Below, one piece after another: positions 55,301-64,000 of a DNA stretch of 64,000 nt. The notes beneath the pieces were generated by a model that was not told where the DNA came from, searched no databases, and worked only from the letters and a program-made list of their open reading frames with translations. Each line of letters opens with the position of its first letter. The stretch's first letter is position 1. Source of the DNA: Antedon mediterranea (Eukaryota > Animalia > Echinodermata); assembly GCF_964355755.1 (NCBI RefSeq), contig NC_092676.1, positions 21,966,871-22,030,870 of the forward strand. Direction: 5' to 3'. The position numbers and the translations under genes are program-made.

Positions 55301-56398
55301 ATTATTAAAGCATTCTTGATGTTAATTTAGGCCCTAAAGCTACGTTATTTAGATGAGAAATTAATATGACAGTTTGACAATTGAGAGTTTATTAAAATTA
55401 CTGATATTGCCATGACCAAAATAAGGTCGATGACGTCAGTAAGTTTAATTGTAAACAAGTTCACATTCGAAGAAGTAGTGACAACAAATTCGTCCCAATG
55501 TCAATATCGTAGTGTCACATTTGCACTGTTCTACGCATATTTCTTTTTGTATAAGAACATAGTTTACTCGGGGGGCTTAATGTATTCGCAACCAAATATA
55601 TAAATATAAAAGATCATCGGAAATATTTCTAGCACAGTACCACGTTTTGGGATTCTTCGGACTCAAATTTGTCAATCAAAATTGAACATCATTAATTCCT
55701 AGTCATGGTCTAATGGTCTTCAATCACACAGTGAAGATCCTGGTTTGTCTTATTTGTGGTGCTTTAAGCTCCAGGTCGATCCTAATTGTGCCGTTAGTCG
55801 TGAATTTAGCTCCAGTGGTATTTGATAAGACGTCTAACGTCTATCACAGACGGTCCTGGTTCGTCTTGTTTGTGGTGACGTAAGCTCCTTATAATGGTAG
55901 GCCTACTACGTCTACCACAGACACACTGGTTCGAAGTCTGTTTGCTCCATGCATGGCCGATTCTTGTCCTCTTGTTTTCGGTGAATTTAGATTTACTGTT
56001 AGAAAAGTATACCATCAATGGTTGTGGTGAATTTAGCGTCAGTGATAATAGTGGTAGAACGTGTCTGCGATTCTTGTTCGTCTCGGATGATGACTGGTCT
56101 ACGAACCCATACCTTTAGGCCTACTATACCGCTTGGCCATTCACTTCGCTATTGCGTAGGCAAGACGAACTGCGAACATTCTGTCACTATAATGCGCAAT
56201 CAATTACTTTGATATGGCTAATAAAAGTCAATATAGGACTGAGGTTATTCGCTAATAATTATAAAAGAAGCCATAGTTTTTTTGTTTACCGATATAAACG
56301 TGTTAATGTTAGAAAAGCATGTTTTAAACTTTGCCACTGATTGAATACTAAAATCATTTACCGTTGGCAGGAAATTATACCCTTCCCTTTTACAAATT

Positions 56399-56510
56399 AA
56401 ACAAGGCCATATACATGGCTGCAGTCGCGCGCTCAAATATGAGTTAATGTTTACCGACCAACCGACCGACCGACATAGTGAGCTGTAGAGTCGCGTTGGT
56501 GCCCTTACTT
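56399..56510 (-). mobile_element. HINE/DINE-1-like element (same subfamily as 833-953)
   Basis: AACAAGGCCATATACATGGCTGCAGTCGCG..(ACCG)n..ATAGTGAGCTGTAGAGTCGCGT. Confidence 0.6.
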
Positions 56511-59500
56511 GTAGATCATAATATGTCACACGGTTTCTTAAATCTTGATTTCCATGCCCACTAGCCTACTGATCCTTGCGTTACGTCCTAGTGGGAACCA
56601 AGCAGTAAAGTACATTTACAATCTATTCAGGGGACATTCCTAATATATATAGGTACGTGTGAATCGGGTATAGGTTTAGCATAGCTATCAAATGCGTCTA
56701 TTTGACTATTAAGCTCTGTCTACACTATCAAGTTTGACAAAACAAGTGTGGTGTGCCTAAATATGGTAGTGATACGCCCAAATATGGTAGTAATATGACA
56801 TCATCATGTCCATATGGCCACATTACATTTTTTTGTCACATGAAGTTTGATAGTGTAGACAGAGCTTAAGATTTGTTTCTGTTATCGTTTTAGTGCATAC
56901 ACTCACGATTATTAAAGTATCAGAAAATTCACAACTGCTATCTCTCGTCACTCAGACAACTCTATTAACTCACCTGTCAAATTGCTAAATTTAATTTATC
57001 ACACTTCTCCCAACTACATAATAAACATCGACGTTTAACCGTATTAGCGAATGAAATCACTGCGCGTAACATTAAATATATACGCGTATCATACGTAATA
57101 ATAGACTTTCCGCTAGCGGTTATACACACTCCGCCCAGTATGTACAACGCGCTGTTAAAATCTCATTAGAGGTTTAATCACGCCCAAGTTGCAAAGTCAA
57201 GAATACCGCCGGCATCGCAGACGATTATAGGAAACAGTGGCAGGAGCGGATAGAGATACTGCCCACCGACGTCATATATTCGTCAATTCCCCATCTGGAA
57301 CGAAGTGTTTTTATTTGCTCTAACATCGTAATTAAGTGGTGGTCACTTTGATAATTGCACATAAAGTACATGAAGTGAATATCGACGGTGATACGTTTCG
57401 AACAGGTCACAGGCCCCTTGGCAATAGGCCTGTGTTTTAGGTTTCATGATTTTAAGTAACGCTAATACCAAAGCAGCCAAAGCAACGATGACACGCCGGT
57501 TTATTTTAGTTGGTGAGTTATTTATTTTATTTTAGCACTAATAGTCGAGTAAATCCGTTGCTATGTTTGTAATGGATTTATATAAAAATAACTTTATTAT
57601 CTGATGACACAATGTAGTTGGTTTTCATAAGCGAATTCATTTAATTCAATAGAATTGATGTTGTTTTAGGCAAAGAGGTTTTGCATTTGTAATGGTATAA
57701 CATTATTATTGTAATGGAACATGTGTGTTTGCAGGCTATACTGACGCGCACCGGTATTATTTTGTAGAGTCTGTGTATTGCATATACATCCAGATTTCAG
57801 CTAAGAATTCATTTTTTACAAATAGATTGACTTTACAATTGTCATGTTGTTTTACATATAGTTTAAGTTACAGGAACAGGACAGCTGACCGATTTATTTC
57901 TTAGACAGTTCGACCCACCTTCTCACCATTTGAAATACAAACCCAGCGTACACATTGTGGAGAGGGGGAATTCGTTTTCGATCAAAACAATCACTCAAAC
58001 AAGTTTATAGATCTAACTCAGAAAACTCGTTTAGGCCGGATCTAAATCAGGCCCCTATATATATATTATTTTTGAAATCTATCGAAAAGAGGATTCACTT
58101 TACACAACCATACACAGCAGAGTTTCCAAAACAGCTGTTTTATATGATACGACCTAGGTCTACTTGCCGAATTGTAGAAAAATGCCTGTATTTTAAGCAT
58201 GATAAATGTATAATATTGGAATGTTTTTTAAAATCACAATTGGCTATTTTGTGAAAATTATCATACCGTATAAATAACACTCAGAATAACTGACTGTAAC
58301 ACTCAAAATGTGATCATATCTCATTAAACTCTAATTTGCATATTCATAAACATTAAAATCTTAGAAATGAGTCCATATTATATTCCGACGCACTAAGTGT
58401 GCACGTCGTCTGCAAGTAGACCTATTATACTAATCGCATCGCGCTTTGCTGCGCCAGAAGTGGCGAAAAGTATTATAACATTTCCTATACGATCGTAATT
58501 TTATGAGTCTTAAAAATATAGATAAATGTATGGGCCATCTACAGAAAGAAATTAAGTTGTTTCTATAATATTTTTGTTGTCAATTTATCTTATGTCATTT
58601 AAGCTTGTTTCAAATCTATACGGATGCAAACGCACGGACGTATTAGCGCAACGCAAGCAAGTAGAAAAATTACTAAACCGAAATGCAAATCCGATAGACT
58701 TTCAACTCCGATTGAGAAAGGCCAGGTTGGTTCCGATACAACCCCGTCTAATATGGATCGGTTCTTAGTGTAAGTCTTTTTCGGTATTTTTGCTTTTTCT
58801 TTACGTAAAACTGACGAGGTCTTTGTACTGTACAACATTTCGAGAAAAAAAAAATTAAAGTAAGGATTTTACGCCTTAAAATGATTCATCTGCAGTATAA
58901 GGTTGAAATTGAAATCTGATGAAAATTTTCCGAAACCAAAAAAAAGATTAGTTTTGATTAATAATCAACCAATAAACTAATAAAAAAGAAACCGAAAAAG
59001 CGTTATAATAACACATATTCGTTTACTAAAACATCTAAAGTTTCACCTAACAATTTATTATATTACTTTTTCCCGTACTTGTGTGTGTTATTAAAGCATG
59101 TACAAATTATAAGTTATAGTCTGATCCGAACAAAATTATTAGTAATATTGCTATAATAATTTTAGCTCAATGAAGGAATAGTGTTCTTAAAGCTTTAACA
59201 CTTTTGTTGGGGGTTATTTTACTTTACTGTTTTGATTTACTTTTCACTTGTTTTATCTGTATGTTAGGGTCTATCTCGATTGAGATCAGACCACTCTAGT
59301 AATACCCATGTTCTAATTTCCCCAGTAATTTGACTTAGGATTTATTTATCTACAATAAGTAGGCTACATGAATATATTTATTGACCTAACATTCTGAAAT
59401 TAACGATAGTTGTATTTACCTCCATGAATTGAACAGTCGAATAACACAAATAAAACAATATTTAGTAATTTAGTAATATTTAACTGCACCCGTCGCGACC

Positions 59501-60899
59501 TTTAAAAATGTCTCTCAAGAGAATTACCATGGAAACGATTATCGTTTAATTAAGTTTACGATTAAAGTGCGTGCGTGGGTTCGGTATTAAGTTTCTGAAA
59601 GAAAAGAACAAAATATTAGTCAATTTGTTCTTGAAATTGAATTGTGGTATAGAGATGTCTAATAACGATATCGGATGGGCCATTAAATATTCCTAACAAT
59701 AGACCACGGATAAACTAATGAAAATCGTAATTTTCAAATGTTATGCATTATTGTAGTCCATTAGATTTATTTACACGAATCGCGTATGGGCCTTGTTTAG
59801 TTTAAAGTGAATTTTATCTGCATAATATGGTCTACTGCTATAGCAATTGATTGTTCAACGAGTAATGGCTATAGTTTTGTCAGCAACACTAGGAGATACC
59901 AGTAATATACGCATGCGTGTAAAATGATTGTCAGACGTGTACGTGTGACGGAATGAGTGCGCGTGCGGTGCGAAAAAATAGGATGGTTTATATTGACGTT
60001 TTCGATTGAGAATTTTCAATTTCGTGGGGGAAAATCAATTTCAACTTCACAAGCAACAGTTCGGATGGCGTCGTGATTGGTCAATTTACTTGCAGTGCGC
60101 TTACGTCATTGCGTCGCGTCTAAGCCAATGACAAGCGAAGTTATAAACAGTTAGCAATCACAATTGCGAATAAGCCATCGCTTGTGATTGGTCAATTCAC
60201 TTGCATTGCGTTACGTCCTTGTGTTGGGTCGCTAGTGGGAACCACGCTTTAGTGAGCGTTAACATTATTATTAATATAGCTTAAATTAGAACATTAAGCA
60301 ACGTTTAACAAGTCAACTTAAATAAGATAATGATGACAAACATGGTAATGTTGTTAATTAATTTATCATAAACATCGTGTGTCACTATTTTTTAGACGAG
60401 CCTGACTAACGTTGAGTCACTAATTCTTAGATTAATTATTGTTTTTGCCATGTACCCTACTTTTAATTTAACGCACTATGATCACGTGATACTATATTGA
60501 TTACATTCTAACATTACAAGCTCGTTGAACCACGTAAAGTATATCTTCATTTGTAAAAGAACAAGCAACCTGTTGATTACGTCACGTTGTTGTTTATTTT
60601 CAAGAAACAGGACGTAGAAACGCTACGTAAGCGAGACGACAAATTGTGATTGGTAAAATTATCAATACGCTAAGTGGTTTCGAAGAATTACTCACACGTT
60701 CTCAATTTAAGAGAATAAATAGGAATAATTTTTTCCAAAAAAACGCCGCTCATCTGACGATAACAACCGTCTACATACATATCGATAAATTAATACTCAA
60801 TCAATCACCCAATCAATCAATACATGCATCTCAATATTTATCAGCAAATGTTTTCATAGACTCTCTTTTCCCATACGTGCTTTGGGGTGTGCGCATATT

Positions 60900-61190
60900 T
60901 CCAAATACCCACTAACTGTTTCCTAATGATTACGTTCTCTTGAATATAACTGCCTAAAGGAGCTGCACGAAAATGTATAAAACGTGTAAAATTATGAAAA
61001 TTGGAGGGAATTCAGAAAAGAGCAATCAGTTTTTTTTATAGAAAATATGCACTTCATATAGATTGGTCTTATACTGACGCTTATATCACAAACATTAGGA
61101 CTCTCAAATCCAGACGTAAATCCCTCCACCAATCCCAAATACATTGTCACATGATGATTATTATACTATCAGTCTCGACCACCTGATCCG
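60900..61190 (+). mobile_element. Decayed CR1/L2-group LINE ORF2 C-terminal relic
   Basis: LRSLEYNC.. followed by LEGIQKRA..SYTDAY..IRTLKSRR, typical post-RT motifs, with frame breaks. Confidence 0.55.
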
Positions 61191-61705
61191 GATTCCCAAT
61201 TTTTAACTAACATTCTTCCGAATAATGAAAATAAACGTCACTAAGGATAAAACATAGAACTTAATAAAAGTGTTTATAATTAGAATACCTTTTACTTATA
61301 TGACACCTTTGTTGAATGATAGCGCGGAAACATAAAGTAGGCCTATAGCAACTATACACTATTCGAATGATTCTTATGTCATAAGTTCACGTTAATAATG
61401 TATAAACTTCATTTTTTTTTATTAGGAACATTTTTGTCTGACATCATTAGTTCATTCTTGTTTATAAAGTGAATAGTTGACATATGTACACGTGGACAGA
61501 ACAGGCATATTGCAGAAAAATGATACTGAAACATTGACATATACTATATACATGGTTGTTACGTCATAAAGCCATAAGTTTAGTGGTAGGGCATTGATCG
61601 ATTGTAGCCATATCACTCTTAGTAAGATATTTTCCAATTCTAAGTGTTTCACATTCAAGTCAATAATTCATACATTTACATAGTTAGATAGAGAATGTTC
61701 AAACC

Positions 61706-62056
61706 TTAAAGATGTATTGTCACGCAAAAACATGAAAAATAAAGTGAATAAAATCAGAATTTGAATATATTATTTTGTAGTTTTAATAAAGTTAATCACT
61801 TCCGTAGGAAAATACCGGAACAATTAATGTTTTAACTTATAAAATGACACAATAAATGATTAAATTCAACCAAAAACCCATTGTCTGGGAGGCAATTTGA
61901 CAATTTTTTTGCTTTAAATTACAGTTTTTTAGGTAAATACATTTTGTTTTCGATCAAATTTTGGTCAAAGTGGATAACTATGAGGTAACATTAAAATGGC
62001 ATATTCAACAAAAAAATAACAAAGATAATTTTTTCAGTGGGACAATACACCTTTAA
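61706..62056. mobile_element. Kolobok-like non-autonomous element with TTAA target duplication
   Basis: TTAA-AGATGTATTGTC ... GACAATACACCT-TTAA; ends of the same family at ~26800-26930, 36740-36835, 38700-38720 and 49612-49637. Confidence 0.65.
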
Positions 62057-62540
62057 GTGTAAGTCTTCACTTAGCATGTAATTGGTGGATGCAGTGACAT
62101 TACTATAATAAACAATAAGTAAATACACTTACAGTATTGGAAATCTAAATTTTGTTTTTGCATTGACTTATCAATCGAAAAAAGATTATGTTTCAATCTG
62201 AATAGTTTTCACAGATAAAATTAAATTTCAATGCTACAAATTTAGAACAAAATAAAGTCATATCAGATTCACATCTCTAATTCATTATTGATGAATTCTT
62301 ACAAAATTAATGAACTACTCACGGAATTGGTGACTGTCAAGAAATTGTTAAATTTTCGCGAAATTGTTGAATCTTCACAATATTAGTGAATTATTATGAA
62401 ATTGGCAAGTTTTCACGAGAGTGATGAATTGTCTCGAAATTGTTGAATTCTTAAGAACTTGATAAATCCTCACGCAATTTGGGAAATTCTCCAAAAATTG
62501 GTGAATTTACATTAGGCCTAAATTGGGGAATTATCTGTAA

Positions 62541-62723
62541 AAGCTTGGTTCCCACTAGAACGTAACGCAAGGACGTAAACGCAACGCAAGCGTTTTAACC
62601 AATGACAAGCGAAGTTATAGACAGTTAGCAATCACAAGCGAACAAGCCATCGCTTGTGATTGGTCAATTCACTTGCGTTGCGTTACGTCCATGTGTTGCG
62701 TCGCTAGTGGGAACCACGCTTAA
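62541..62723. mobile_element. Palindromic MITE (TIR AAGCTTGGTTCCCACTAG)
   Basis: Near-complete foldback; partial copies at ~60066-60251 and 56570-56603. Confidence 0.75.
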
Positions 62724-64000
62724 GAGTAAAAGCACCTCAAGTCGACGCAAACAATTAAAAACATCATGTGAACCACAATAGCACGTCAGTAATCCGCAAT
62801 TTTGTTTCTAACTTAGCTTTATTTTATTCAGTAAAAACGTATGCATATATATTATATAATTCGTCTGAACATTTTGTTTTCTTCATGAACCTTTCTGACT
62901 TTTAATCTAGGCCTACTTCAAGTATCTTTATCAAAACATATCGTCAATAAATTATTCTATTCCCCCAGCTTTTTTCAGTTTCATTGGTTAATATTTATGT
63001 ATTACCTACATTTGTTATAGTGTTTTCATGAACCTTTGACGTTCGGTTTATTTAAGGTATGTTAAATCATGTGACTCAAAAACGTCATTCTAGTCATGGC
63101 TATATTTTTTTTGTATGTATATTTTTGTTTGTCATCAGATTTTAGAACACGCCATTCTAACCTATAAAACAAGGCGACCACTCCAGTATCGTATCGTTTT
63201 TTGTATTGTAGTAAATGGCGGTAATGGCCTAATGAACGCCGTAACAGCATTTGTCATTAGTGTTTACATATACTGTAACGACTTGATAGCTCTTTAACAG
63301 ACCATTTCATACGAGAGGTTAAAAGAGCGCTATGTATTATGAAAGAAAATTGCTTGCATTGTGCATTACAAATACCTGTTCTCAAAAGGCAATCTAATTT
63401 TGATTAATTTAATTTTGAGCTTTCAGCTTTCACGACCTTCTACAGTGCAGAATCTACAAGTCCACAGTAAAAAAATACATGGTACCTTGATTTAGATTTG
63501 TATTAATTTGGTGGTGAATGAAATTGATGAATTTATGGTTGATATTTTATTTATTTTATGTCTAGGCACACTGTACTATCAGATAGGTGTTATCCTTATA
63601 TTTTGTGAACCAGGAATAATGACGATAACAAATGGAATAAAAAAAGGATAACGATTATAAAAAAATAAATAAACTCTCACCTAATTTTACTAAAGAATAA
63701 TTCTCAAAATCTGTATTTGAAATCAGATGAATTTATTTCAACATGATCTTACAGATTTAATTATTCCGTTTTAATAAAAACATTTCTAATGATTTAAAAA
63801 ATAATTTACAACAATTAATGTAAATATAACTTCGTCTTTAGGCATAATACTATACATGCATAATACTGCGGGGGTGTCCAACCAAGGACTATACGTTTAT
63901 AAGGATTAATAGCCTACCAATTGACCTAACATTTTACTAAATTCAATCGCGTTTACTGAAAATAAAAAATTCCACCAACGCAAAGAAATTAATAATAATA

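Overview
AT-rich animal genomic DNA with spliceosomal introns; it looks like a marine deuterostome, probably an echinoderm (inferred from composition and gene style). There are no prokaryotic features. From left to right the window holds: (1) a tandem array of three secreted 'short-chain collagen C4'-domain genes lacking collagen repeats, two intact and the third frameshifted; (2) a 6-exon cytosolic sulfotransferase (-); (3) a 5-coding-exon, 198-aa four-TM protein (-) with a PPPY motif, a Gly/Tyr/Pro tail and a possible alternative last exon; (4) a TE-rich spacer; (5) a compact housekeeping block of DCAF7/WDR68 (-) head-to-head with RPL32 (+), followed by PSMC3 (+); (6) about 11 kb with no recognisable gene. 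Many non-autonomous TEs are present (Helentron/HINE-like, Kolobok-like, several MITEs, SINEs, LINE relics, Penelope-like ends). The best leads are: C4-domain paralogues diversifying at specific loops; 21-24-bp CAT..TG palindromes with 7-bp target duplications that look like P-superfamily excision footprints; a minimal hammerhead-ribozyme-like motif in a PSMC3 intron; the four-TM gene whose stop codon abuts a splice donor; and a structured element in RPL32 intron 1. All exon models were assembled by eye from GT/AG boundaries and frame continuity; no database search was possible.
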